A stretch of DNA of 64,000 bases from Chiloscyllium plagiosum (lineage: Eukaryota). Shown in pieces: positions 12,380 to 25,629 of this stretch (position 1 is its first letter; each line of letters starts with the position of its first letter). The notes beneath the pieces are model-generated. The model was not told the origin of the DNA and made no database searches. It was given only the letters and a program-made list of their open reading frames with translations. Location: contig NC_057718.1 in NCBI RefSeq assembly GCF_004010195.1, positions 59,330,485 through 59,394,484 on the forward strand. The letters are read 5' to 3'. The translations under genes and the position numbers were made by a program.

Positions 12380-12850
12380 CTTTGTCACTGAGAGGGACAA
12401 TGGGGTGTCCTCCTCAAATTTGGCTGCTTGCAGAAATTCAACACCATCGTCCACCTGATTACATCCAAGCTTTGAACCTCACCAATGTTAGATCGCTAAA
12501 TTTCTGTTTGAATTTCAAGCAACATACAATGTCTCCCTCAGTGAGAGATTTATTTTTCATTATGACTTTCATTGTGTTGCTGCTAAATCCTCATGTGTTT
12601 GGTTCCACATAGGGTTCAGCAACCAAAGCTTAAATGGGTATCCCTCCTTCTCTCTAACTTTCTTCTCCCGAATGTGAAGAAATCGTGGAGGTGAACTGCC
12701 ACAGGTTGAAAGCATCATAGGACGACCTGGAAATCTTGTGCACAATTGCATTGAGGTCTTTTCTGCGGCGCCCGTTATCTGTTGATTGATGGAGAGGAAG
12801 CTAATCTTTTCTGTGTAAATCTTGTGGTATAGGTGTGGCCTTCTGTTCAT
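12380..12850 (-). mobile_element. PIF/Harbinger (HARBI1-like) DDE transposase relic
   Basis: ORF 12569-12850(-) SFLSINQQITG...MQLCTRFPG...KEGYPFKLWLLNP matches GFHSxNVQxVC / VCARYPGS / DKGYPLxxWLMTP; a frameshifted YDAF follows FPG. Confidence 0.7.
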
Positions 12851-12859
12851 TTTTTTTTC

Positions 12860-13390
12860 AGAATCACAGAATCATTATAGTGCTGAATAAGACAATTCAG
12901 CCCATTGTGTCTACTCTCATCCAGTTAATGTCTCACTTAGTCCCATGGTCCTACTTTCCCCCATCAACCCCACAAAATGCTTCGTTTCCAATAACCATCC
13001 AACATCCTTTTGAGTACTTTGATTGAATCTGCCTCCTCGATGTTCTCAGGCAATGCATTTCAGACCCCAACTATTCATTGAGTTAAAGAAATTTTCCTCA
13101 TTTTTTTTCATGATCCTTCTTTGAATGGGGACATTTTCTCCCTATTTATTCCATCCATTTTGAATACTTCAATCAGCACTTCTCTCAACTTCTGTTCTCC
13201 AAGGAAAACAATCCCAATTTTTCCAATCTATTTTAATTCCTCAAATTCCTCAACCTTGGACCAACCTCTTCTTCACTTCCTCCAATGCCTTTACATCCTT
13301 CCTAAAGTGTGGCCCCAGAACTGGACCAATGAATTACTGTCTTATACGAGTTCAACATAATCTCTTTGCTCTTGTACCCTATGAGTCTAA
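12860..13390 (-). mobile_element. Old CR1-type LINE 3' fragment
   Basis: 'agaatcacagaatc...attcagcccattgtgtct' tail and 'ccttcctaaagtgtggccccagaactggac' (QFWxPH on the minus strand). Confidence 0.75.
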
Positions 13391-14657
13391 TATGTTCCTC
13401 TCTTGCAGAAGAGATTGCTGCGGTTTCTACTGGGGCTGTGGGTGGTGCTCCTGCTGTGTACTTCCTACCGTTAGTGCTGTTGAACGTTTACTCCTCTTCT
13501 GAGCTCCAAGCTTAAAAGGTATAAATGTCATGCACGCTGATCATAGTTGCATACCACAGATCCAATTTAGAAACATCCAAAAACAAATAGAACAAATGCT
13601 GTGAGCAACAACCATTTCCATAGGCAAGGCAGCAGTGATTACTTATGGAAACTTAGAATTGTCATTTCTTCAGCCCTCTCGGTTACCACTGTGTTCTCAT
13701 TTTGTTTTCACTGGGTGTTCTCGGAAGCCTGGGAACAAGTGCGCACACAGTTAAATCCTGAAGCTAATGTTAAAATGAACCTTAATGTGCTATTTATAAA
13801 CTGAAATTAACAACTCACCCCCCCTAAGGACATGGCTTGTACATAGCCTAATGCAAGGAAAATTCAGTCAGAAGGGTTGTGCCACGTTGTTAATTTCAGT
13901 GCTGTGAAACACACCCCTTTCTCACCCATGTGTAAGACCACTCACTGCTACAGATAAAAAAATCCTGTTCCCATCCGCCTATTTGAAAACAACTAGTTTG
14001 TTGATCAGTTCCAAAGCTTTTGTCAAAACAATGTAAAACATTTTTGCTTGCTACTGCAGAAAAACATTGACAGATTTCCAAAACTGACTGATAATAATAG
14101 TTATTATACTTATTTTGTCCCTAAATGAACAATTGCCTTGAAATAACCTTTAAAATACTTACATTCATTGACAGTAAGTTTGTTGCTACACTATATTTAT
14201 TGTAATTTGGTGAAAACACATCAGTTCAAAAAGTGATTGGAAGCAACTCAGCATACCATGCTTTGCCCAATTTGTATAGCATAGATAGCGAGCACACTTT
14301 AAAGAGTCCTGATATTTACAAGACTGAAGAGAGTGCAATTTTCTTGGTGATAGAGCAGGGGAATCTTGGTGAGGCCAGGGACTTAGAAGTTCTGCCGAAT
14401 TTAATGACAGAATCTCATTATAAATGTTTATATCACTTTCAATGAATATTTTTTCCACTGAGAAATAAAATGTCCACATAAAAAGTGGCCAATCCATGGT
14501 TAATTAAAGAGGTTAAGGACAGTACTCAATCAAAAGAATCTTGCTAAAAAGAGAGAAGTGTTGTCATGAGGACAGCACAAGAGAATGCCAACTTTCAAAT
14601 GATTACAACAATTTTTACTACAGGAGAAAAAGGCTAATCCACCGAGACTACACATTT

Positions 14658-14840
14658 TTAGACACTACAGGGCAATTTTGCATAGCCAATCCACCTAACC
14701 TGCCCATCTTCGAGCCGTGGGAGGAAATCCAAGCAGACACATGGAGACTTGCAAACTCTACACAGTCACCCAAAGCTAGAATCAAACCCAGGTCCCTAGT
14801 ACTGTTAGGCAGGAGTGCTAACCATGGAGTCACCATGCCA
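14658..14840 (-). mobile_element. HE1-type SINE fragment
   Basis: 'ggcaattttgcatagccaatccacctaacctgc...gtgctaacca'. Confidence 0.85.
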
Positions 14841-14904
14841 ATTCAACTCTGATTGGCCAAGTTGCTCCCCTAGCAAGAGAAATGGAACTAAATGGTTCCC
14901 AGAT

Positions 14905-15809
14905 ATAGAGTCATAGAGATGTACAGCACAAAATCAGACCCTTTGGTCCAACTCATCCATGCCGACCAGATATCCCAACCTAATTTTGTCCCACTTGCCA
15001 GCACCCGGCCCATATCACTCCCAACCCTTCCTATTCATATACCCATCCAGGTGCCTTTTAAATGATGCAATTGTACTAGCCTCCATTACTTCATCTGGCA
15101 GCTCATTCCATACATGTATCACCCTCTGTGTGAAAAGATTGCCCCTTAGGTCTCTTTATATCTTTCCCCTCTCACCTTACACCTATGCCCTCTAGTTCTG
15201 GACTCCCTCACCTCAGGGAAAATACCTTGTCTATTTATCCTTTCCATGTCCCTCATGATTTTATGACCTCTATCAGTTCATCCCTCAGTCTTTGACGCTC
15301 CAGGGAAAACAGCCCCAGCCTATTCAACCTCTCCCTATAGCTCAAATCCTCCAACACTGGCAACATCTTTGTAAATCTTTTCTGAACCCTTTCTAGTTTC
15401 ACAACATCCTTCCGATAGGAAGGAGACCAGAATTGTACGCAATATTCCAAAAGTGGCCTAACCAATGTTCTGTACAGTTGCAACATGATCTCCCAACTCC
15501 TGCACTCAATACTCTGATCAGTAAAGGAAAGCATACCACGCCTTCTTCACTATCCTATCTACCTGCGACTCCACTTTCAAAGAGCTATGAACTTGCACTC
15601 CAAGGTCTCTTTGTTCAGTAACACTCCCTAGGACCTTACCATTAAGCGTATAAGTCCTGCTAAGATTTGCTTTCCCAAAATTCAGCACCTTGCATTTATC
15701 TAAATTAAAGTCCATCTGCCACTCTTCAGCCCTTTGGCCCATCTGATCTAGATCTTGTTGTAATCTAAGGTAACCTTCTTCGCTGTCCACTACACCTCCA
15801 ATTTTTGTG
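14905..15809 (-). mobile_element. CR1/HER1-type LINE 3' ~0.9 kb
   Basis: LYRTLVRPLLEYCVQFWSPSYRKDVVKLERVQKRFT and TKIGGVVDSEEGYLRLQQDLDQMG. Confidence 0.95.
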
Positions 15810-15824
15810 ACATTTTTAAAGTAG

Positions 15825-16030
15825 CAAGGCTTAAATATATTGTTCAACAAGTGTTGCTCAATTGCAGCATCATGTTTAACTTTAGATGTTTTAATTTGCA
15901 AACACAGGTTGGTTGACTATAGTTTGTACTCTGCCTATCACTGATGGAACATGTGAATCAATTCACTCAGCGTATCATTAAGTCTATGTATTGGGCACCA
16001 CATTGCATACATTAACAATCAATTTAAGAT
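15825..16030 (-). mobile_element. Old Penelope-like GIY-YIG endonuclease relic
   Basis: Minus strand reads QCGAQYID...HVPSVI and VKHDAAIEQHLLNN, like PLE CxCxAxYVGxT...HVP and DSAIGQHLLNN. Confidence 0.55.
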
Positions 16031-16429
16031 AATCAGTCGAGTTCGTAACATGCTTCATTTACACATACTGGAAGTGACACACATCTATCCTTAAGGATCT
16101 GTTCTCTGCGAACAAATGGAATATGTTCAAGGCTTGTGCCTTTTCTAAACCACCCAAAAGCATGCAGAGCCGATGGTTGCCCTCTGTTTTCCTCTTGACA
16201 GTATCCTGGCCCATGATTAGTCTTGACTTGCCAAGCAATCAGCACCTTTTTCTCCTATCATCTAAATTGGTATGATTGTTTGTTTGAAATTTGGCATTCT
16301 TGCGTTTGTCCAGATGAGTGTAACATAAAACGCTTTAGCAACATATTGCTTCTCATGAATATTCAAGCTTTGTGCTGTCAAATGACTGAATTAAAAAGAG
16401 GCTTACAATGTTGTATAGAGTAATAGTAA

Positions 16430-17370
16430 GATTAGGTTTAGAAGAGTTTTAGCATCCAAAAATTACCAAAAGAATTGATTAAAAGGGAGGACTTAGAATT
16501 TTTATTAAAATATTTTTTGTTGGAGTTCCTGCATATAATTAAATTTGAAGAAAAGTTTGAAAGTAAACATGGGTCGCTTGGAGGCTGAGACAGGAGAAAT
16601 GATGAAGAATAAAGAAATGGCAGAAACATTAATCAAATCTTTGATGTCTGTCTTCACCATAAAAGACATAAAAATCACGAAAACAAAATTGAAGAAATTA
16701 ACAGGGCTATAACTGACAAATCCTTTTAGACATTAAGTCTGCATCTTTGGAGTTAAACAGAAGTGGTTGCAGAGATACTAAATACAATTATTGTGATCTT
16801 CCAAACTGCCCTAGTTCTTGAACAGTCCCAGTGGAAGCTAGATACATGACACTGTTTTAAAGAAAGGAGGTAGAGAGAAAACAGGGAATTGTGGGCCTGT
16901 TAGTTTACATTAGTGATCAAAAATGCTCTGTTATTAAGGAAGTAGTAAGTAGGAACTTAGGAAATCATATGATTAGACAGAGCAAAGATGGTTCATGAAA
17001 GAAAATCATGTGCGCTCAATCTATCAGTTTGCTGAGGATATAAAAAGTAGGATAACTCAAGCAGAAGTAATGCATATAGCATATTTAGATTTTCAAAAGG
17101 CACTTAAGTTGACACTCAAAAGAATTGTTACACAAGGTAGAGGATCGTAAGGTTAGGATTAACCTATGATCATGAATAGCAAGTTGGTAAAAGGCAGAAA
17201 ATAGTGACAAATTAGTCATTTTCAGCTTGACAGGCTTGTGAGGTTGTGTGCCAATGGAGCAGTGCTGGGGCCTCAGTTAATTCCAATCTATATTAATCGC
17301 TTAAGTGAAAAGACTGAGTATAACCAATACAGGTTTTATGATGATACAAAGCTAGGTAGAAAGTTTAGCT
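16430..17370 (+). mobile_element. Old CR1 LINE ORF2 (RT) relic
   Basis: 'gggaattgtgggcctgttagtttac' (NYRPVSL-like), 'tatttagattttcaaaaggca' (YLDFQKA), GAVLGPQL...YDDTKLG. Confidence 0.8.
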
Positions 17371-17587
17371 ATAAGCCATGCACAAAAGACTGTCATCTTG
17401 CTTTAATTCCAGATGGTAAAGCCATCTCTGCCATCAACCTGCCAAGAAGTGGGGCTTTTGGGGCCACGGCCTCAATTGGCCTGGAGATGGTTCTGTTGGC
17501 TGTTAATAGAGATCTGAAGTGGAAACAGAACCAGCCTAACTCTGGGGCAGGCAAGTTAAAACAAAGCCCACCTCCATTTTGTGGAAA

Positions 17588-17726
17588 GAATCACAGAGTC
17601 ATAAAGTCCTACAGCACTGAAACAGACCCTTTGGTCTAATCAGTTCACACTGACCATGTCCCCAAACTAAACTAGTCCCACCTGCCTGAGTTTGGCCCAT
17701 ATTCCTCCAAACCTTTTCTATTCATG
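17588..17726 (-). mobile_element. Short CR1 3' end
   Basis: 'cacagagtcataaagtcctacagcactgaaacagaccctttggtc'. Confidence 0.85.
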
Positions 17727-18174
17727 AAATTCTGTCTTATTGTTTAATAATGAACATTGTATTAAACATAATTCCAGGTTGGGCAACTTTAACAAATACA
17801 AACCCTATTCATATGGTTCTTAGAAATGTGCTGTATTTCAAACAATAGTGCTTTACTCAGCAAATGTTTTTCTCAGAAAACGGGGTTTAGATAAATGATT
17901 TAAATACCTTAAATATTATAGCATTTAAGCACAGCTATTGCACAAAAAGGGGTAATTGAATCAAATTTATTTACATTAAATATTCCAGTTATACCTCTAG
18001 GTGCCGCCAATTTGACCCCAACTTAATTTGCTATCTGCCACTACTGAGCGAATGGATAGGGCCAGTTGGAAGGCAATCTAGCAAGATTATTTGGAGGAGG
18101 TTCCCTTTGGGAATCCATTCCAAATCAAGATTCACTAAACTGTCTCTCAGACCTGCCCCCAACCATATCTCCTC

Positions 18175-18480
18175 AGGATTGGCAAGAGTGACTCTGTAAT
18201 CTCAAGATAAGGAAGAGGTCATTCAGGACCAAAATGAGAAGAAATTACTTCACTCAAAGGGTTGTGAGTATTTGGAACTCTTTGTCCTGGGTAGCTCTCA
18301 GTTATTTGAATATAATCAAGGTAGAGACAAACAGATTTTTAGATACCAGAGAATCAAGAGTATTGAGAATTGGGTAGGTAAGTGGAGTTGAATTTGAAGA
18401 TCAGCTTTGAGTGTATTGGGTGACAAAACAGGATTGATGGCCTGTTTACCTTCATCCAAATCTTATTACTTTGGCTCTTA
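18175..18480 (+). mobile_element. Old CR1 3' end
   Basis: 'attcaggaccaaaatgagaagaaattacttcactcaaagggttgtgagtatttggaactct'. Confidence 0.75.
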
Positions 18481-20916
18481 TGCTGTTCCATCTGAGTCTT
18501 GAGTGTGCTATCCCTGGATAGGCTGCAGTTCAGGGGCTCTAGAAGGAAGCTGCTATTTTTGAATGTGTCAGAGGGAGAGAGCAAGAGAGGCTGTCACTCA
18601 TGTGGTAGAGGAGGTAGAAAGTTGCTTTGACCAACTGTAGAGAGCAAGTCTGCTCCTCCTGGCTCCCAAAGATTGCTATAAAATCCCTGACCTATCAGAG
18701 CCGACAGCTCCCATGTCCCTTTCACTGTTAGCTTTTTCAAGCCCTGCAAACTCTGCAACCGTTAAATTTAAAATAGGGATTATACATCATAAAATCAACT
18801 TCATATATATAGTGTTATTATTATCTAAACTTGGTTGAAGATTACTTATTCATATTTATTCCTGGAACCAAATGTTCAACCATGAAGATCATGTGACTTT
18901 TATCAGCATCACCATAATTCTTGTTCATTATAGTCACGTGATGTACATTGATTTTATGAATACAGGTTACAAATCAGGACTGTATTAAAAATCTCACCAG
19001 GCTTCTTTATCATTAAAGTTAGTTATTCACTGTATTGTGTTGCTTTTAATGAAATGAATCTTTAAGTGTCAAAGCCTTCTGAAAAACATCAGCTGCTTTA
19101 AATTACTTTAATCAAAATACAAAATACAATTCTGATTAAAGTTTACCACATGAAGAAGCTTATTCAGTAAATTAGAAAAATATCTCTCAGTTGTGTTATA
19201 TTTTCTGAGATGGCTTTTAAAAAGCCAATACCATATCCTGAAAGGTTAGCAAAGAAAAAGAGCAGTTAATATTGCTACAATAAACCACTGTACTTTACTA
19301 CCCCATAGAAATTGCTTTATATACTGTTAAATTGAATTTTTACAGTGAAGTTTCTCCTGATCTTCACTAAGAGATATTTTTCACAATCTGTTTTTTTCTA
19401 TAAGCAGGATAAAATATATACCTTTCCAGTCAAAATGCAGGAACTTAGTTAACAGAAATTGAACTTTATATTAACCTATAATTCAGCCTGATTTTGCAGG
19501 GATGTTATACAGACATCACTTCCATTTTTATCATGAATACAGTCAAATTGCTCTTGTTTTCCATTCACTCACTTCCCAACAATGGAAAACCTTTTTAAGC
19601 AAAGTAAATCTCAAAACAAAAAAATGCTAATTTTAAAATTATTATTCCATTTAAGTCAGGTTTTATGTAACTTTATAGTTTGCAGTTTGGACGTTTTGCC
19701 TGATAACACTAAGAGCCACATCATTAAACTTCTGTTCAGCAACGATACTCACATTTAATCAATACGTTTATAAACTGAAGTCATGAGAATTCAATGTAAA
19801 AGAAAGACCTTAAAGGCCATTCATGGATTTTTTTTTGTCTGTCAAAATAAAGTCATCAGCCTGAGTTCTTGAGTCTCATTGAAGATCAGCATTGAAGTTG
19901 GCAAGGGGCCAAAAATGCTGGTACTGACCACATGCAAGGTTCCCAATCCCTTTCCAATGCACCGAGCCATTGTCAGAGGCAAGATTGAGGGCGGGGATGG
20001 GGGTCAGGTATCTGGCACATTGACTGGTGCTGGCAGATCTGTTTTGATGGGGCAGGTCAATGATTAAACTGAATAAGAGCTACGGTAAGTCCAGTTAAAG
20101 GAAACTAATTGGAATTTTCAAGCCACTCTTCAGTTTCCTCATTCAGCGGGGAACAGTGGTGTAGTTTAACTGCCTGGCGATGGGGACAGTAGCAGCACTC
20201 TGTGGATCTACAAGCTCTGTTTTGATGCAGGTGCTGGCATGATAGCTTTTTCTGTATTTTATTGAAACATTTTGAAAAGTGGTGGAGGGGGTACCTACAT
20301 GGTGATGTGTCCAGCTCCGAGAACCAACCTGCTATTTCTAAGTAGTAAACCTTAAATTTGCTGGGTCAGCTGAAATGAGAAAAAAACATTTGAAGACTCC
20401 TGTGTTGAAAGGATGGTGACCTAATCTTTAAAAATCTAAATTGTTTCTGTATTTTCTGAAGGGTTATACGTTTTTAATTTAAGTGTTGTAACTCAGCAGG
20501 GTGACACAATGTCTGGGTAATCTCCGTTAAAACCAGATGCAGGGCACTAGATATGAGAGGTGACTATTTGTCTGCAAAACAAAGTGCAGTTGACCACAGG
20601 GTCAGGCTGTGTACATATCCTCCCATTGATTGGACACAGAAGCTGCAAGGAAATAGTTTATGAGAGCAGGATGTCAAGGTTTGTCAAAACCAAGAGATAG
20701 GCCTCCTTCCAGAGAAAACAACCAGATGTCCGAATGAATGAAAGATCAACAGACAGTGGTAGATGTGGCACATTTGTGATATTTGAGTGTTTTTAAACTG
20801 ATCAATCACTGAAGACTGGGCACTGTCACGGACTGATCACACTGGCTGCTTGCATGGAAAGGCATATAAAAGAATGTACCTCAGAGTGACGTCTAGCTCA
20901 GGAACAGGAGTTGACT

Positions 20917-21043
20917 GGATTTGGAGATGCCGGTGTTGGACTGGGGTGTACAAAGTTAAAAATCACACAACACCAGGTTACAGTCCAACAGGTTTAATTT
21001 GAAGCATTAGCTTTCAGAGTGCCGCTCCTTCATCAGGAGGTTG
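20917..21043 (-). mobile_element. Short (~125 bp) PLE-derived unit carrying an HHR motif
   Basis: Minus strand CTGATGA-AGGAG-CGGCA-CTCT-GAAA-GCTA (21008-21036) followed by a PLE-type tail ending 'ccagtccaacaccggcatctccaaatc'. Confidence 0.7.
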
Positions 21044-21876
21044 AGACAGAGCAGACTGATCACTTGTTACAGCCTGATCCTCAATAAGTCCACATAAATG
21101 GACTTGTGATTGTAAGTATTATGCAAGCAATTTTTTGAATTGCTATTGCAATATTTTGTAATATATCATGCATTAAAAATGAACAATTGGGGTATATCCC
21201 ACTGTTGGGACTGTCTGGGGTTATTGATATCCAGAGTAATTCTGATGATCAGGGAAGTTAGGAATAAAAACCAACTCACTCTTAATCGGATTAAGAAATC
21301 ACCTCTGTCCCAATTAATGAAAGTTTGTTTGTTGAAATCCCAAAGACCAATTCTCTTGTAAGTGTGGTACCTGGGAACCATTCCAACTCTGTTTCCAATC
21401 CCAGAACAAAGATTCTGCCCAATATTGTTTAGTATCTCTAAACCAAATTTGTTTGTTGTAAAAATCAATAATACTCAGAGTTAACACATTTGAAGAAAAA
21501 AAACTGATGAATTGTTCTGCTTGGAATTTCTTCCCTTTGGTCACAGTTTGGGAAAAATGATACAGCTGGGGGCAAAGGAAACAATGCCACATGGATTAGA
21601 GTCTTGACAAAGAAGCTCAATGAAAGATCTAAGATAGCATGGTTACAGACCAGATTGGCCTGTCACTTTAAGATAGTTTTAACTCATCACAACGTATGAC
21701 ATGCCAATAAAAAGGTACTCAGCTCATCTGCAGCTTCTCTCTCTCTCTTTCTGTGTAATGGTGTTCAAGTAATATTTTTGTAATACACTGTAACATCAAT
21801 AAGCACAGGCCTCAAAATGTGTAAATTGGTGATATTGTAGCCATGTAAATAGCTAGTTTGTGAATGAACTTCAAGA

Positions 21877-22102
21877 CGACTGTGTGGAGTTTGCACATTC
21901 TCCCCGTGTCTGCGTGGGTTTCCTCCGGTTGCTCCGGTTTCCTTCCACAGTCCAAAGATGTGCAGGTCAGGTGAATTGGCCATGCTAAATTGCCCGTAGG
22001 TGAAGGGGTAAATGTATGGGTGGGTTGCGCTTCAGCAGGTCAGTGTGGATTTGTTGGGCCGAAGGGCCTGTTTCCACACTGTAAGTAATCTAATCTAATC
22101 TA
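21877..22102 (+). mobile_element. HE1-type SINE, 5'-truncated, young, (AATCT)n tail
   Basis: 'tgtgtggagtttgcacattctccccgtgtctgcgtgggtttcctccgg...ccacactgtaagtaatctaatctaatctaa'. Confidence 0.95.
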
Positions 22103-22503
22103 ACATCTGTCTCAACAATAACTACCTCATATGTTATGCAGAGCATCATATAGAAAACCAAATAAATGCATCAAAATATACTGCTTATGAAATGAAATTG
22201 CATTTTTAAAATTATCAACTTAAATGACACCAGTGAATAAACTTTACTGTCTTAATTTAGTCGTAGCCTGACATGTAAGAATATAAATGCACAGAATTCA
22301 AAATTCACTTTGATTGTAGTTGTCCAGTCACTGGATCACCAGGACATGGACCACTTGTGTCTGATAGGACCAAACGCCTGACTGACTGTGGCTGACAGGA
22401 TTTGGAAAAGCCCTTTGACAGACTGTGGCTGTAACCTCTGGCATTCTATAATCCCTTTTCACCTAACTAAGGACTGCTCCCTTCTGGCTTTCAGATGTGG
22501 GAT

Positions 22504-22809
22504 TGTGTTCAAATAACGACCAAAATTGGTGAGGGCCGAAAATACCCTCTTTATTCAGCAACTGCAGTAGCACAAGTTCGAGGTGGCAATAGAATCCTGA
22601 AAAACAGTTCTTAAAATAGCCTCTTTATACACAGTTCTTACATATATTACAATCCCATTACTGTAGTGTTTCATTATTTTATCTATTGTACACAAATGTC
22701 TGAGGGGGTCTCTGTCCTGGGAGATAGGTGATGTGCTAATGGGATGTTACAGCTGGTGGGATGAAGAGAGTCTGTCCTGTCTGTTTGCATAATTAAGAGG
22801 TGTTAATCA
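22504..22809 (-). mobile_element. Candidate LTR (~306 bp)
   Basis: On the minus strand: purine tract 'aaaagacaaaaa', then TG...CA ends with TATAAA followed by AATAAA; no second copy found in the window. Confidence 0.35.
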
Positions 22810-24023
22810 TTTTTGTCTTTTAAGTTAGTATAGTAAAAAATACTAGGTCTATACGTTCTACATAAGTTGGAAATTGTGCCTGTACTTAATAAAAGCATAA
22901 AGTATATTAAACTGATTACTGTAGCCGGGTTGTGAGATCTGCTTACTATTTGCAGGTGTGAGTTTTATTTATTCTTGCAATTTCACTGCAATGATATTTG
23001 ACAGTTAGTACCTTAAAGGGATAGCGGCCCAGTTAAAAGGTATTTAGCAAATATATACTAATTGGGGAAACTGTTATGTGTTCTGTAATCTATTCAGATC
23101 CAAGAGATAGTTGGTAAAGGCTGATTAATATTGTAATCTTTTATGGAGATATTTTGGAAGGGATGATATTGTTCTGAATATGCCACACTCATTCAGAGAT
23201 AAATACGCTTAAACACTGCTTGTAGCAAGGGTTGATAAGAATTGAAGATGTGAAAAAGGGTTGTTTTAATTTGGTATACCTTGTAATAGTAATATATATG
23301 ACAGAACCTCGGTTTTATGAATAAATGAGTGAAGCTATGTTATAGTAAATAATGGGTTAGTAAAAGGTTATGAATAAATGAATGGGAACCCGATATTATT
23401 GAATATAGTGAGCTGGTGAGTAAGTTCATAAAAATAACTTATAACACAATATCTCACACAGACATGACCATTTGCTTAAGGCATGTGCTGTGTGTTTGCT
23501 GAATAAACTATTGCCACATGGTGCAGAGTGATGTTGACATAGCACCGTACTGCACTGGGACAAGTTCACCTCCTTGATTGGTCAATGCTCTACACTGTGA
23601 CAAGATGTCCACTCCTCCCTCTGTGCAAAAGAGCAATGCTAGCCTTAAAGGTTGGAAACTTGTAACTAAGCAATAAACACCATGTACACTAAGAAAGCAA
23701 GTTGAACCACGCAGAGGCCTGTAGCCCATTAGTCAGTGCTAAAATGAGCAAGTAGACATTGGAACTTAATGTGAAGCAAAGATTAGTAGCCTTCAAGCAG
23801 GCACAAAGTGAATGACCACTGTTATGACTGATCCACAGGCAAAAGTCACCAAATTGTTTCGATTCTGAATGGGTCTGCACCTCACAGATAAGGGATGATC
23901 TAACTCAATATTCTTATTCAAGCCATCCTGTGGATGGTCACAACAAGGCTAGGTTAAGAAGGAGACCTGGCCTCATGCATCCCTTACCCTAGCCCAATTA
24001 TATTTGTGTTTTAAAAGAAGTCA

Positions 24024-25629
24024 GGGTATCCAAGATGGCGGCGATCTAAGAAGATCGCTTTGCAGAGCTCCAGGCCGCATCACAAGCGGGACGAAGTCCT
24101 AACCCGCCCTATACGGTGAGTTCCCCTATTCAGCGCTATTGGCGCTTTATATGTTGGTTTGTTTTTTGGTGTTTGTTGTATATAGTCTTTGAAAGCTTTG
24201 TAGATTTGCTAACTGTAGTGGTTTCAGTTGATTTAGTTTTTATTTCGATGGATTTTGCAACACTAAGGCTCGGCGATTTATAATTCGAGTTCTACCTCTC
24301 TGGAACCTAAATGTTACTGCAGAAGATTATGGCTAATGACTTGATTAAATGGTGTACCTGGAACATCAAGGGGAGTCACTTACCAATTAAGAGGAAAAAA
24401 GTACTCTTGAGTCTTAGAAAGGAAAAGGTGGATATTGCTGTATTACTGGAGACACACTTGGATGATAAGGAGCATTTGAAACTACAGTAGAATGGCTTTG
24501 ATTGGGTTTACATTATATTGGTTAGGAGGAATCTCACATTTAAGTTTCTAGAGTGTGTTAAAGAAACACACAGGAGGTTTGTAATCCTCAAAGCCTTAAT
24601 AAACGGGGAAGAATATGGTGTTTTAATTGTGTACTGCTCTCCAGCTCATCCCCTCAAATTTCTGATGCATTCTCTAAATTGATCAGTCTCAAGTCCCAGC
24701 ATATCATTATAGGGGGAGATTTTCATTGTCTTATGGATCCCACGGTAGACAGGTTGATGGGAAAATGTTTGGGAAAATGCAAAAACGGTATCAATTTGCA
24801 ATAGGACCCATGCTTTACAGTTGAGGATTCTCCACAGGGTCCACTTGGCTCCGGATCGTTTATCAAATTTTAAACCAGGGGTATTTTCAGCATGCCTCAA
24901 GTGCAGAGTTAGTACGGGCACTCTTACCCATTGTCTCTGGTCTGTGGCTGGCTTCAAATATACTGAAGCGCTGTGGCAGGTGCAATGGAGGGGATTTTGG
25001 GTGTAAGGGTGGAGAAGGACTCAATTTCTCTTCTTCTTGGTCTGCCCAGTGTATTCCCTGTAGATGCGCGTAAGAAAAAACTTTTCACTATCCTTACTTT
25101 CTGTGTAAGAAGGAATGTCTGGTTAGGTTGGGTGTCCAAAACTCCTATGAGCCTGTTGGGTTAGCGTAAGATTGTTATGGAGCATATTCTCTTAGATTTT
25201 CTTACAAGTGTGGTACACCATAAAACGGAGAATTTCTATAAGACATGGCTTCCCTTTTGGAATACCTGGACAGAGATTTGTCTGCCATGCTAATAAGGAC
25301 TTTTATATAGCAATAACGATTGTGTTTTACGAGTCCAATATCCAGAGTGGAAAACTGCAAACGGATGAATATGTGAAAAGTAATGCTCTCGATATTCAAG
25401 AGTGAGTATTTTGTTTTGCTGAGCTGTATCATTAGTATTATTTACTAGCTTGTTGTTAGTTAGTTATTTATTTAGTGAAGTAGTTAGTTGAGGTTTTTAA
25501 AATATATTTTTATATATATTTATACATTTGTACATGAGGGTGATTTGGGTTTAAAAAATTTTTGGTACACTTTCTTTGTATTGTTTTGTATTTGTTGTAA
25601 TATTTTTCAATGTAAATATATATTTTTTA
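24024..25629 (+). mobile_element. Internally deleted L1 (5' end, APE endonuclease N-part, C-terminal Cys domain, 3' UTR) with 11-bp TSD
   Basis: TSD AAAAGAAGTCA at 24013-24023 and 25630-25640 in a TT/AAAA site; CAAGATGGCGG at the 5' end; ATG 24329 MANDLIKWCTWNIKG...ETHL, IIIGGDFH; then LRILHRVHLAPDRL...CLKC...TLTHCLW. Confidence 0.9.

Noticed and set aside
13410..13518. Putative host exon (acceptor 'ctcttgcag', donor 'aag|gtataa')
   Set aside because: Stops in all three plus frames and a weak donor; more likely part of the Harbinger relic.
20484..21110. Solo LTR around the short PLE unit (TATAAAA at ~20864)
   Set aside because: Termini and TSD could not be defined.
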